NCBI RefSeq assembly: GCF_009914755.1
Contig: NC_060926.1
Strand: one strand, 5' to 3'
Length of the DNA stretch: 64,000 bases
From: the human T2T-CHM13v2.0 reference genome, Homo sapiens
In this document: in pieces, positions 1 through 13,021 of the stretch
How the letters are laid out: every line of letters begins with the position of its first letter
How positions within the stretch are numbered: the first letter of the stretch is position 1
Notes under the pieces: generated by a model
Told to the model about the DNA's origin: nothing
The model's input: only the letters and a program-made list of their open reading frames with translations
The model's database searches: none
Program-made: the position numbers and the translations under genes

Positions 1-200
1 ACTATGCTAACCATTTTATGAGGGCTATCTCCCTTAATCTTTACAACACTGTAAAACAAGTACTATGATTGTCCCTATTTCCAAGAAAGAATATAATTTG
101 AGAGATTTCATATATAAGCAAAGGTCATACTCCCTGTAATGGAACAACCAGATTTGAAACCAAAAATGTAATGTTAGACCCTTGATTTTTAACAGCCATC
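1..200 (-). mobile_element. MIR SINE fragment
   Basis: Degenerate match to the MIR core (ttaatctttacaacactgta...gtccctatttcc...aaggtcatac...gatttgaaacc...ttttaac). Confidence 0.6.
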
Positions 201-294
201 ATCTCAAATCCAGGTTTTGAGAAGGATAGTAAACAATGTAAAGATACATGGAGAAAAGAGGGCAAATTCAACTGATATCTCTTTGCTTCAGTAA

Positions 295-390
295 ATTTTT
301 AGACTGATATAATTTCAAACTTATACAAAAGTTTCAATAGTACAAGGAACTCCAATATACCCTTTGCCCAAATTCACCAGTTTTTTATAC
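295..390 (-). mobile_element. Old L1M (L1MC/L1ME-type) 3' end fragment
   Basis: aatttcaaacttatacaaaagtttcaatagtacaaggaactccaatataccctttgcccaaattcaccag resembles the antisense L1MC 3' terminus. Confidence 0.6.
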
Positions 391-689
391 CCCCCCAACG
401 CACATTCCATAAAATGACTTTTAAAAATTTGTTAATAGTAGAGTGAAATGGCTCTACTATATTTACATATTGACTCCAGAAGCCAGTTGGAATTTTCAAC
501 TTGTGACTGACCTTTCAGAAAGAGTTCAGGGCTGGATGTAATTGTATGGAATGAATTGTATGGACAGAGATTGGTAAAATCAATAAAATCAATCAGAGCC
601 TTAAGTGAGAGGATAAAAAAGGACAATTCATTAGAAATGGGATAATCCTGTGTAATAGATGTCCAGAGAGGAGAAAATTTCAGAGGTAT

Positions 690-850
690 AGTTGTAAGAT
701 CAAAAGTTTCAGAAAGATTAAGAGATCTGGAGAAAGGTTGGATTTAATATTTAGAAGGTTTTCAGTGACCTTCAGCCCAACATTTGTGGGTAGCATACTG
801 AAAAAGAAACCTAAATTCCAAAGGGTAAGGAGAACAATTAGTCAAGAAAA
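690..850 (-). mobile_element. L2 LINE fragment
   Basis: ttggatttaatatttagaaggttttcagtgaccttcagc...aagaaacctaaattccaaaggg resembles antisense L2. Confidence 0.5.
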
Positions 851-1655
851 TAAAAATAAATGTAAGAAAAAAATTGCTCATGTGTTAATAATTAACACAT
901 TTTACTTTATCTTCGCTTTTTTGCTATTTATACACTTTGTTTAATTTACTATGCTTCTGAGTCAACTGTTTAAAAAAAATACAGTGGTGTAGCCAAGCAG
1001 AAAGTTAGAGGATGGAGTGTAAAGTGGTAGCCTATCTAGTGATTGTTCATTCCATCTTCTCAGGGCCAGGTTGAAGGAAAAGGGGAAGCTGCTTCTTTCT
1101 GGAAGAACACAGAAATCTGTGATGCCCCACATACCCTCACGATGGTGGTGCAAAAGCTGCCAATTGAGCAAATTGTACCATGAGTATGTTCACCCCTGCT
1201 GAATTAGGTAGAATGGGGTTTGGCTCAGATACTTTACTACTTAGATACTAAAATAAATAACGGTACTTTAAATGTGAGATATTTTCTGGATATTTGAAAA
1301 ACACATGTAAACATGTGTGGGTGTATGTCATAAATATATATGGATGGGTGTTCATACTTCACCTTGTATTGTGCATGACTCAGGTTTAGAGAAATGTTGT
1401 GTTTCTACTTCTTTACTCAAAGTCAGTGAGCCTATTCTATGACTTAGATGAACAAATTCAATTTAATTGGAGGAATTTTATAATTTCAGTGGGCAAGTTT
1501 AATTTCCCTTATAAATATATTTACCTGTATTTTGATTACTACAAAGGTAGTGGAGGAAATATTTGTATGTAATTCCTAGCTTTGTTGTGAGGTTAAAGAC
1601 ATCACATTTTGGAACAGTGTCTTCTGTCACTCCCACTTCATGGAAATCTTGTTTC

Positions 1656-1981
1656 TTTTTGTTTGTTTGTTTTTGTTTTTGATTTTTTGTTTTTAGCCTG
1701 TTTCACTTTTGTCTCCCAGACTGGAGTAGTGCAGTGGCACGATGTCAGCTCACCACAACATCTGCCTCCCAGGCTCAAGCGATTCTCCTGCCTCAGCATC
1801 CCGAGTACCTGGGATTATAGGCACGCATCACTACTGCCAGGCTAATTTTTGTATTTTTTTTTAGTAGAGATGGAATTTCATCATGTTGGCCAGGCTGATC
1901 TTGAACTCCTGACTTCAAGTGGTCTGCTCGCCTCAGCCTCCCAGAGTGCTGGGATTACAGGCGTGAGCCACCGCACCCAGC
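1656..1981 (-). mobile_element. AluS (Sx/Sz-like)
   Basis: Full dimeric Alu, antisense, ending ...gggattacaggcgtgagccaccgcacccagc. T-rich/(TTTG)n tail at the left. Imperfect TSD aaatcttgtt / aaaccttgtt. Confidence 0.95.
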
Positions 1982-3779
1982 AAAAACCTTGTTCTTTCTA
2001 TTTTACTTGATTTGAAACATATTTTAATTGAGGAGCATCATAAGCTCAAGAATAAATTATATGCTACTCATATTGCTGTTACCAGTGGTGCCTGACTTGC
2101 AAGCACATTCATTGAAGGATAATCTGCTTTGCAAAGAGGAACCAGTTAAAACTTGGATTATATTTGTTCAAATTGACACACATCAATGTTTTCTCTACTG
2201 TGTGTTAATCTCCCTTTTCCCCCAATAACATGGAATCCATACAAATTATACAATTATTATTTTTGTATTTTTTGAGTTTAGATGTGTTACAATCGTGATT
2301 TTGAAGGGATATCAAGAAGTCGTTTAAATTAACACTATAGTAGGCTGGCTGGAACCATCCCATAAAGCAATGGAATATGGAATGTCTCTCATGGATGCAC
2401 GGAGAGGGAAAAGGAGAACATATCCTTTAGCAGATTTTCCTCCATCATAGCATAAATCTGGAGCTCTCCCATTAAGAAAGAAAGAATATTAGTATTACCA
2501 ATTACCAAACACAGTGTCTTGAGCATGAAAGGTAATCCTTTGCCTTTGTAGAATCAGTATTTGTAATTGTATCTGCTTCTTTGTTTGAAAATATGGCTAG
2601 GAAAAGAAAATGCCCCCTAGGGAATTGACTAGGTTTTTTTTTTTTTTTTCCCCCAATTTTGTTTTCCTCCTCTCCTTTTTCCACTTCCCTCAGTCCCGTT
2701 CTTCCTTCCTCAGTATTTCTCTTTACTTATGATATTTCCCCCCATTTTTATGAAATAGGCACCTTAGTATGAGGATGGATCAGTGAGCCTAAGCTACCTT
2801 TGTCCTGTGCATTGAGGCATGGACAAATTTTTGGTCTTTCCTGTTGATTATAGTCTTGTACATTGAAGTTATGAGTATGACTACTGCATATTAAAGCTTT
2901 AAGACATGAACTTTTATAGAAAAATCTCTATATCACTCTATTTTAAAAATGTATTTTAACAAATATCAAAACCAATTATAAACAATTGACAAGAATACAG
3001 AAAACTTTATTATTAGTTAAAATTTTAAATATATTTTAAACCACATTTATTTGCAAATAAATTTTATTGTTTGATCAACTTGCAGATAAAAAGAATGGTA
3101 AATAAAATATTTTAATATAAAACATTACATCAATAATACTATATATAATATTGTATTACATCTGACTGTAAATTGTGAAAACAGGTTAGGTGTTACTGAC
3201 TCCATAAGGCATAATGGTTGATGTCAAATAATCAAACTATAGTTTGTTTAATAGTTTCCTATTGGTTTTAAACTCCCCAGGGTTACAACATTTACAGAAT
3301 ATTTATTGTAAAGTGCCAGGTTACCTGATAATACCATGTTAAAATTCTGCTAACATCCCTTTCACGCAGAGACTCTTAATGGGATTAACATATGTCACAA
3401 TTCAAAAACCTAAACAGAATTCTATTTAAACCTACTGGTTTTGAAAGAGACAGTGTTCAGGTGTTTATTTGTAGCACTTCTGGGAGTAATGCCAAACCCC
3501 AAGAACATTAGTATTCCTGAAACTTTACATTCTCTTCCTATAAATTGTTCTTCTGGAAAAGGTAAAATAGTATTATGTGATTAGACTACACATAGACATA
3601 ACTGTAATGACTTATTCACAGATGAGAAAAAAAGTGAGTGAGCTGTTAAAAAAAACATTACAAATAAAGGGGAAACATGACATTATTTTGTTTACTGCTT
3701 AGTATGTATATTTCAGCATGAATTTGCTGCCCCCATGATTCAAATACCTAGATTAATATTAATAATAGCAGGAATAAGT

Positions 3780-3930
3780 AAAATATCACATCTTATATGT
3801 CAGATGTTTTTCACATACATAGCCTCTTTTATCTTCATGAAAACTAAGCAGTGTAAGTATTATTAGTTCCATTTTCAGATTGACAAAATGAATTTTAGTC
3901 AGGTTAAGTAATAAGTTCAAGGTAAGTAGT
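3780..3930 (-). mobile_element. MIR fragment
   Basis: gtattattagttccattttcagattgacaaaatg...aggttaagtaataagttcaagg matches the MIR core. Confidence 0.6.
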
Positions 3931-4413
3931 AAAACATCCTGCATTGCTTACCTGTATAACTTTACAACCTGAAATGTTTTGTTTATTATAAACTTTAAAT
4001 AAGTATTCTTTAAATAACCATATAATGCCTGGAAAGTAAATTAAACCTGTTGCGCATGGTATAAATATTAACCGTCTTGAACTACAAGGCTCACCCAGAA
4101 GGACAAGGAGGTTAAAATTTCTAATTTGAGTTTCTATGAAGTGGATGTCCAAAAGGAATAAAATAATTGGGGCTGAGATACATAAGTAGAGAAATAAAGA
4201 GAGGTGGAAAAACTAGATATTTCAATGAGATTGAAGAATGGGTGTTCTGGAAGACTGAACATTAATGATTTTAGGTGCTAGAAAATTGATTGGATTGCAT
4301 TGTGTGTACATTACCAGCCATATTGGTGGGTAGAAAATTGAGGAGATAGATAAATTGAGGAGATAGATAGATGCCCATATTTTTACATTATATTCTCCTT
4401 ATAGCGCATTTAA

Positions 4414-4543
4414 TTTTGCACATTTGGAATTTTTTAAAATATCCAAATTAAGGATACTTTCTCAACGGATATTTTTCTCATTAGACTCTAAACTGGTCAT
4501 AATTTCTGACCCATTGTGCCTGTGTGTTTGTGCAAAGTTGTGT
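4414..4543 (+). repeat. Local direct duplication, copy 1
   Basis: Aligns to 5549-5685 (ttttgcacat...aattaaggatacttt...gatatttttctcattagactct...ataatttctgaccca...tgtgcaaag). Confidence 0.85.
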
Positions 4544-5548
4544 TTAGTATGCTCATGTTTAATTGAAGCACTGAGTTGTGTTATTCTTCTTTTTCATATT
4601 TTTTCCAGTGCTTGAGACTTACTATTTGAAGTCTGATAGTATGTTGCAAAGTATGATTTTAATAAACCATAACCTAAAGGACAATTTCAATGGTTATAAA
4701 AGACACAGGGAGAAAAGACAGACTTTTGTGCATGGAGAAGGAAGTTACTATTTTTGAAAATCATACAGGTTGATGTATTTTGTTTGATAATAGATTATTT
4801 GTCTGAAAATAGGGTATGTTTTTATTAGTCAGTAGTGGAAGCAGAAGAAATCCCTAATTAAGTTTCTAGATTCTCAAAAGGAGTAAGAATAGTAATGGCA
4901 TTTAATAAGAATCTATTTTCAGATAGATGCTAGTGCTCTGCACTTATTTAATTTACTTATCACATCAACTCTACAAATTAAGCATTAATAATCCCTTTTT
5001 ACATATTTGCAGAAAAGGTTGATAAGGTTAAACAAATTTCCAAATACAACTTAACTGTTTTTTTATAAAGACAGAGTTTGAAGCATAGTTTTTTGCTTGA
5101 TTACAGTGATGAGTAAATACATTCTTTCCTTTTCTCTCTTTTTCTTAATATATAGAGTTTGGTTTTGAGCGTGAATATTCTTAAGTTCTGCAATTCAAAA
5201 TTGAGACTTCAAAATTTGTGTTTCTAAAAATATTCTTATTTTATTTTAATACGTAATCAGGAGTTTTCTAGGCATAGTAATAGATTGACCATTGGTTAAA
5301 TTAAGCTAATAATCACTCAAGGTGGAAAAAAGTTTTTTAAACCCATATTATATTCAAGTTGACTGGTAATTGCATCTTCTTTCCTTGCACTTCAGTAAAG
5401 TCCTAATAAATGCATTTTGGAAATGGATTTCCCTGAAGAGCTATTTTCATTCATTTGTCTGTCTCACACACACAAAAAAGCAGACAATATTCAACTTAAA
5501 ACATCTGCTTCATGCTGAAGATAAAATTCAGTCCAATAAATGTTGCTG

Positions 5549-5685
5549 TTTTGCACATCTGAGAATTTTCCTGAATGAATTCCAGAGAATTAAGGATACT
5601 TTCCCAACAGATATTTTTCTCATTAGACTCTGAACTGGTAATAATTTCTGACCCACTGTGCATGTGTGCGTGTGCAAAGGTGTGT
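5549..5685 (+). repeat. Local direct duplication, copy 2
   Basis: Aligns to 4414-4543 with scattered substitutions and small indels. Confidence 0.85.
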
Positions 5686-6283
5686 GTGTTTGTGTGTGCA
5701 TACATAAATCTTTCACTAATGGGTTATTGAACCTTTTTATATTGCAGATTATTTGATTTGTTGATATGTTTTTTACTTTGCTAGTAATCACTAAAGACTC
5801 TTAAACCATTGCAATAACAAAATAATTATTTCCTGACCTGCAATTGTGCTTTTAATCTTTTCAGACAATGGAGTTTTGTTGTTATTATGCTGCTCTAGCT
5901 TTTAGCTTGTCTTGAAAGCAGGATGATTCATTTTCGTTTTTCACTAGCATGTTTTTCTTTATTCTTCAAATACAGTTTTAAAATTCAGTCAAAGAATATT
6001 TCAAGCATGTTACAAAGGCACTCAAGCGACAATTAAATTTAAGAGGTTTAAAAAGGTTTAATCAGTGAAGTATCTAGAGAAATAAATCTTACGGGGTTCC
6101 AGAAGGTTGATGAATCATTGTGAAGGCATTAACACCTGTTTTCACTCTATGTGTAAAGTGTCCCTGCATTTGTTCTGTATTTGCTGAAGGCAAGAACAGA
6201 TATATATATATTTGTATCCTTTTTGCAAGGAAAAATAGCCTCAGGAATATTATCAAAATAAAATATTATCAAAGGCAAATTTA

Positions 6284-6411
6284 AGCCATGTGCAGTGGTG
6301 CATTGCCTGTAAGCTCAGCTACTGGAAAGGCCGAGATGAGAAGACTCTTTGAGCCCAGGAGTTTGAGGCCAGCCTGGGCAACATAGCAAGGTCCTGTCTC
6401 AAAAAAAAAAA
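6284..6411 (+). mobile_element. FLAM (free left Alu monomer)
   Basis: Single monomer ...gagcccaggagtttgaggccagcctgggcaacatagcaaggtcctgtctc followed by poly(A). Confidence 0.85.
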
Positions 6412-7259
6412 TGTGAGATTAGTACTCAGACATAGTTTAGTTTTCCTTTCTATGGGGAAAATAACTCATAGGTATGTTATGTAGACCATCATTTCAGCTA
6501 CTTTTCACTTTATGGGCAATTAACTTTTTTTCTTTTCTCAGCATTTTCTCTAAATAATGTTCATTTTAAACATATTTTTCAGAATATGTCAATAAGCCCA
6601 TGGTAACAGTTATGTATACTCATTGACATTAAAGCAAGGATTCTGCTTGATAAAACAGTATTTTTCAGTTTAAAGAAAATTAAATGAAATAAATAAAAAA
6701 TTTTAAAAACATAGGATTCATGTTTTGTTTCAGAAAATCCATAAATTCAGTTAAATAATTAATTTTATCCAGGGTACCTTAAAAGTGACCATAAGTAAAT
6801 AACATTATTATAGCAAAAGTAGAACTTTTCCAAACCAACAATCTATCACAACACAGGCCAGGAATTGGTATGGGGGAAAATAAGAACTTAATAATAAAAT
6901 AAGTATCTAAATTATAGATGCTTTTCATAATTTTTAGTTAAGAACAAAATTCTATATGGGCCCTGTCAAGTACTCACTACTTTTAATATTTGAGGAAGAC
7001 TATGTAATATACATGTTAAATATATATTTTATGCCATCTAATTTTGCCATTGATCGTTAGAGGAACAGAAAGCAACATATCAAGATTACATTTTCTAGTA
7101 TTGTGTATATTCATCACTTCATCTTGTTTCTCCCAATAATTGTTGTCTTGAGTTACAAGTAAATAATTATAATTAAGAAATTAAAATTATTTCTTGAGAA
7201 TAAAATTGATTTTTAGTGAAAACATATATAACAAAAACTGTAAAAATTCAGAATACAGA

Positions 7260-7790
7260 GATACGAATGCCAGCTAAGAAAATGGGGGCATACTATTTCA
7301 AATAAGATAACATTTGAGCTGGGCTTTAAAGGATAGATGGAGATTAAGCAAATACATATTTAAGACAGGGTATTCTAGATGAAGAGAATGGTACAAACCA
7401 TATAATAGAGAAAACACAGATTGTTCTTTGTGAATGGTATATGTCTAATTTGGTTCTAATACGAGATAATAAAAGCTTATGGAAGAAAACAAACTGAAAA
7501 GCAAATTTGGGATTAGACAAAAAAAAGTCCAAGTGATTTTTTTATTTTGGAAACAAGAAAAATTATTTGAAAATGTAATCAGTGAAGTCACACTATTCAA
7601 ATGCTGATATTTAATCTAGGATCACTTTCTATGATTAATTGAAGAGTAGAGAAAGAGAAACTAGTCATGGAACTATTGCAAATTTGAGGTATGATTGTCT
7701 GAATAAGATGGTTGCTGTGTAAACGCAAATGAGAAAACAAACAGAAAAATATTATAAAAAGAGAAAAAGAACTTTGATAGTGAAGAGAAA
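7260..7790 (-). mobile_element. L2 fragment (highly decayed)
   Basis: acatttgagctgggctttaaaggatagatggagatt...gggtattctagatgaagagaatgg is typical of antisense L2. Confidence 0.5.
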
Positions 7791-8011
7791 AATAAAAAAA
7801 ATGAAGACTAAAAGAAAAAAACGTGTATCAAAAGTTGTTCTGGTTAGGTAATTTCACTTCAGAAAGTATGGACTAAAAATCCACAATTCAGTGTAAAACA
7901 TTCACCACATTATTTATATTGTGAAATATTAAAAACCAACATAAATGGCCAAAATAGAAATGGCTACATAAAATATATGCTGGACGATAACAAAGATGTA
8001 AAAATGGACAT

Positions 8012-8215
8012 GGACGGTTGTGGGGTGGGGGGAGGGGGAGGGATAACTTTAGGAGATGTACCTAATGCTAAATGACGAGTTAATGGGTGCAGCACACCAG
8101 CATGGCACATGTATACATAAATAATTAACCTGCACATTGTGCACATGTACCCTAAAACTTAAAGTATAATAATAATAAAATTAAATTTAAAAAAAAAGAC
8201 AAAAAAAAAAAAAAA
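8012..8215 (+). mobile_element. 5'-truncated young L1PA (PA3/PA4-like) 3' end
   Basis: G-rich tract, then cctaatgctaaatgacgagttaatgggtgcagcacaccagcatggcacatgtatac...ccctaaaacttaaagtataataataa and an A-rich tail. Confidence 0.95.
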
Positions 8216-11200
8216 TAAAGATGCAGCCAAGGGAACTCACCACCAGGAAAAAAAAAAAAAAAAAGAAACTTTATCCAATAACTTTATTCTTGCCATATAG
8301 ATACATCTTTATGTAATAAGCCTGATAATACAGTCTTATAATAACTGTTTTTTTTAAAAAATGCATGTGAAACATAGAAAATAGTAAACTTGATTGGATT
8401 TATGTGATGGGCCATAGTTATTTTTGTTTGTTTTCTCTTTGTCCAGGAAGTCTCAAAATTGTTTACATTGAGCTTATATTGTTTTTTATAATAAACATAT
8501 TAATGAAATTTGTATTTAAAAAGCATTTGAGGAGATTTCCGGTTTCAGGTCCATTGTGTAAAGAGTATGGAAGTTGTCTCTCCTGTCCTTAAAACAAGAG
8601 AAAGCAGAATAAACTAAAAATCAGTGGCTTTTCTTGGATCCATCAGAGAAAGAAGTAGTAGGGCAATTTGTCAACTGAAGCCTGGAGAGGTAGGTGTGTA
8701 CGTAGACTCACAGCCGATATCTACCTAAATGGAAAGAAATTCCTGGAGCCACAGACTGTTCTTACTACCGGAAAAAAAAAAGATAAATAAAAAAGCAAGA
8801 GAATGCTGTCTTAACAAACAAAATAATCATCAGAACCAGGCTCAGATATAACACAAATGTAGAAATGATCAAAAGTAGAATTTAAAATAAAGATGATTAA
8901 TATGTTAAGGATTTTAATGGAAAAAGTAGATATGTGTATTACACATATGAGTAATGTAAGCAGAGACATGGAAACGTAAAGATGGAATCAAAAGGAAATG
9001 CTAGATATCAAAAAAGTTGTAATGAAAATTAAGTTTATCTTTCTTGAGCTTATCAGTAGACCGGACACAGCCATGGAAAGAATCAGTGATCCTGAAAATA
9101 GGTCAATATACACGTCCCAAACCAAAATGCAAAGAAAGAAAAGAGGTGGGGGAAAGAACACTTTAGAACGTGGGGTAATTTCAAAAGGTGTAAAGTAGGT
9201 GTAATTGGATTACCTGGAAAAGAAAATGAGGAAAGAGCAGAAAAATATTTGTAGTAATAATTGCTGATACCTTTCCAAAGCTGATGAGAGACATCAATCC
9301 ACATATCCACTAAGCTCAGGAAACATCGCAAAATAAATATTTTAAAACAATAATCACCACAAGGACAAACAAAGGCATATAATAATCAAGCAGCAAAACT
9401 GAAGACAAGAAGAAAATCTTGAAAGAAACCAGAAGAAAAATCATTTAACCTATAGAGAAACAAGAATAAGAATTACAGTAGACTTCTCTTCATATACCAC
9501 TTAAGCAAAAAGAGAGTAAAGTGAAATATGTAACGTGTTAAAAGGAAAAATAAACATTATTCTGGAATTTTATATTCAGTAATTTATACTGCAAAAGTAA
9601 ATGTAAATAAAAGTATAAAGATTGTAGCAAACAAAATCTCATGAAATTGAACACCAGTAGGCATGACATGCAAGAAATCTTAAAATATGTTTTCAGAAAC
9701 ATGAAATACAATATAGCCAGAGTTCAAATCTATATGTAAAAAGAAAGCATGTTGGATAAGGAATAAATGAAGTAAAATAGAATATTTAATTGCTCTAAAA
9801 ATACTGTTTGTTTGGAGTAACAATACTAACATTCTATTCAGTGATTATAGCATGTACATACATGAAGTAAATAACAGCAATACTTTAAGAGATGGAAGGA
9901 AGTAGTGGAGAAGTCTGTTATAAGGTATTTGCACTACACTGGAAGTGTTATACTGTCATTGAAGGTGAACCTATAATAGCTTAAAAATATTAAAAAGAAA
10001 ACACTCAAGTTTTTTTAAAGACATAAAACAAGGAAATATATAAAATGCAGTAAAAGATGCTCAACTAAAAGGTGAAAGAATGAGAAGCAAAGAACAAATG
10101 CAACAAATAGAAAATGGTTACAAATATAGTTGATATTAACACAACTATATCCATAACCACATAAATGTTAATTGTCTAAGTATACAAACTAAAAGACAGA
10201 TAATAGAGTGGATAAAAAATAATGCAACAACCATATGATCTTTATGGCATGTTTACATTAAACATAAATACTCAGATATGTTAAAAGGGATGAGAAAGAT
10301 ATATCATGCTTACATGAACAAATCCTAAATGCATATTGCTAAGTGAAAGAAGACACTCTGAAAAACCTATCTACTGTATGATTCCAATTATAAAGTATTC
10401 TGGAAAAGGGGAAACTATAGAGGGGGTAAACAGATCAGTAGTTGCTAGAGGTTCAGGATGGGATAGAGGGTTGAACAGGCAAAGAGCAGGGACTTTTTTT
10501 AGGGTGGCAAAAATATTTTCTTTATGGTACTGTAATGGTAACTACTTGACAACATGTGCTTATCAAAATCCATAGAATTTCACAATGCAAAGAGTGGATC
10601 TTAACTTATACAAATTTAAAAATATTTAGGAGGCCAAGAATCCCAGGATAGAATACAGAATATGATGAAACATTAACTATATTGCAAATATATGAAAGAC
10701 TGCACGAAAGTGGTGGGAAAATATAGTGTGGACCTAACTGTGGAAGTGAGTGCACTCTGTAAGACTGAAAGCAAAAGGACTGTACAGGTATGCTCTGTGA
10801 TCTACCTGATAAACCTCTTTTTAGTGACAGTATGGGTTATTTCTCAGACTACTATTCATAAATACTGGACTTGAAAAATTAAGTAAATAGATGGCCAATG
10901 GTGGCAGCCAGATTTCTTCCTGTTGGAAGAGGAATTTGCAAATAAATAAACTAGGGAGGCTAAAATAATCTATATGGTAATGGATTGGACTTAGAAAGCT
11001 AAATATGAACTCATGTTTAATGTAAAATAGATACGGAACATTACATATAGAAAAATTTATAGATATGTTGATATATATGGGCTAATATTTGCATGTATTA
11101 TTCCTTGCTTTGTTCTCTAAGAGGGCCTAGAACCAACAACATCTCAATAGTGAGTATACCAACTCCTACTCAAATTAGATATTGATTTCTAATACTATAT

Positions 11201-11448
11201 TCCAATAAAAGAAACTAGACCTCTTTGAGAAATGGCTGATTCTAAGACTGGGGCAGGAAATACTGAAAAAATGAATCTAGAGCACCTTAGTGAGAGCAAG
11301 TAAGAAAGTGCTCAGAAAACACCACAATGATGGAGAATGCAAATATATGTCAGAAGAACACAGGAGCCAACTGAAAATGCCTTCAATGACCCAAAATGGT
11401 CCAATTTGAGCATCAGAATAAATAAAATATTATTTTATTATAACCTAA

Positions 11449-11793
11449 TGATACAGTTTGGCTGTGTCCCCACCCAAATCTCATCTTGAATTTCCACATG
11501 TTGTGGGAAGGACCTGGTGGGAGGTAATTGAGTCATAGAGTAGGTCTTTCCTATGCTGTTCTTGTGATAGTGAATAAGTCTCATGAGGTCCAACGTTTCT
11601 ATAAGGGGGAGTTTCCCTGCACAAGTTCTCTCTTTGCCTGTCACCATCCATGTTAGACTGGACTTGCTCCTCCTTGCCCTCTGTCATGATTGTGAGGCCT
11701 CTCTGGCCATGTGGAACTGTAAGTCCATTAAACCTTTATTTCTTCCCAGTCCCAGATATGTCTTCATTAGCAGTGTGAAAACCGACTAATACA
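11449..11793 (+). mobile_element. THE1 (THE1A/B) MaLR solo LTR
   Basis: Starts tgatacagtttggctgtgtccccacccaaatctc, ends gactaataca. Perfect 5-bp TSD cctaa (11444-11448 / 11794-11798). Confidence 0.95.
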
Positions 11794-12353
11794 CCTAATG
11801 TATAAAAATAAGTATCTGTGGTTTCATATTTACATAAATAATCAAATAAAAATAGAGAAGAAAAATAAAAGAATAGAAAAACCTGCCTTGCAGGAAAATT
11901 CCAAATAATTTATGTAGATACTCTTTAAGACAGCACAGTGCACACTGACCTTCTTCCATATAGTATGTATAGAAAGAGGGAGAGGGAAATACCATTACAG
12001 TGAGGAAATCTGACAAACACTACTTCAGCTGGTGAGCAGGGTTTACATTAACCTTTATACTGAAATACTGAAACATTAACCTTTATACGTACCATTCACA
12101 CGAGTGATAAGGCTCTGTGGTTTTCCTTGCCAAAACCCTCAACCCCACTATAATCATAAGAAAATCACCAGACAAATCATAACGGTTGGCAAAAATCAAT
12201 ATTTCTCAAAATTGTCAAGGTCATCAGAAACACAAAGAGTTTATGAACCTGTTGCTGTCAAGAGGAGACACAACAACAAAATCTAATGTGGTGTCTTTTG
12301 ATAAGAGCCTGGATTAGAGAAAGAATAGTAGGTGAAAACTAAGGAAATCTGAG

Positions 12354-13021
12354 TGTCATGATCAACGTTACATGCTAACTTGCCTGGGCCATGGAATGCC
12401 CAGACATTCCATGCTTAACATTTGGCTAAACATTATTCTGGGTGTGTCTGAGAGGGTGTTTCTGGAAGAATAAATTTTGAATCTGTATACTGCATAAAGT
12501 TAATGTATGTGGGCTTCATTTAATTAATTAAAGGCGTAAAAAAACAAACAAAAAAAGCCAATTAAGAGGAGATTCCTCTTGCCTCACTCCCTTGAGCTAA
12601 GACATTGGTCTTTTCCTGCCGTCATTCAAACTAGAACATCAATTCTTCTAGCATCTCAAGATGACAGGCTTTTAGACTGGAACTTATACCATTGCCTCTC
12701 CTCTTTTCAGGCCTTCCTACTTGGAGTAGAACTATAGGACTCCTTCATCAGAACTTCTGCATCCCCATTTTGCTGAATATAGATCTTGGAACTTCTGGGA
12801 CTTCTTAGCTTCCATAATTATATGAGCCAGTTCCTTATAATAAGTCTCTCCCTCCTCTCTCTCTCTTTCTTCCTCTCTCTCTCTCTCCACACACACACAC
12901 ACGCACACACACGCACAACCAGTTATATGTATATGTGTGTGTGGCTTCATATGCATATATGTGTGTGCATGTGTGTATACACATAACTGATTGGTTTTGT
13001 TTCTTGAAGAACCCTAATGCA
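12354..13021 (+). mobile_element. MLT2 (MLT2D-like) ERVL solo LTR with internal (CT)n(CA)n/(TG)n microsatellite
   Basis: ctgggccatggaatgcccagaca...aaacattattctgggtgtgtctgagagggtgtttctgg...gagccagttccttataataa...ttggttttgtttcttgaagaaccct. Confidence 0.85.

Noticed and set aside
4335-12088. Short tandem duplications (aaattgaggagataga x2 at ~4335-4367; aatattatcaaa x2 at ~6246-6273; acattaacctttatac x2 at ~12045-12088)
   Set aside because: These are ordinary slippage-type micro-duplications with no further structure.
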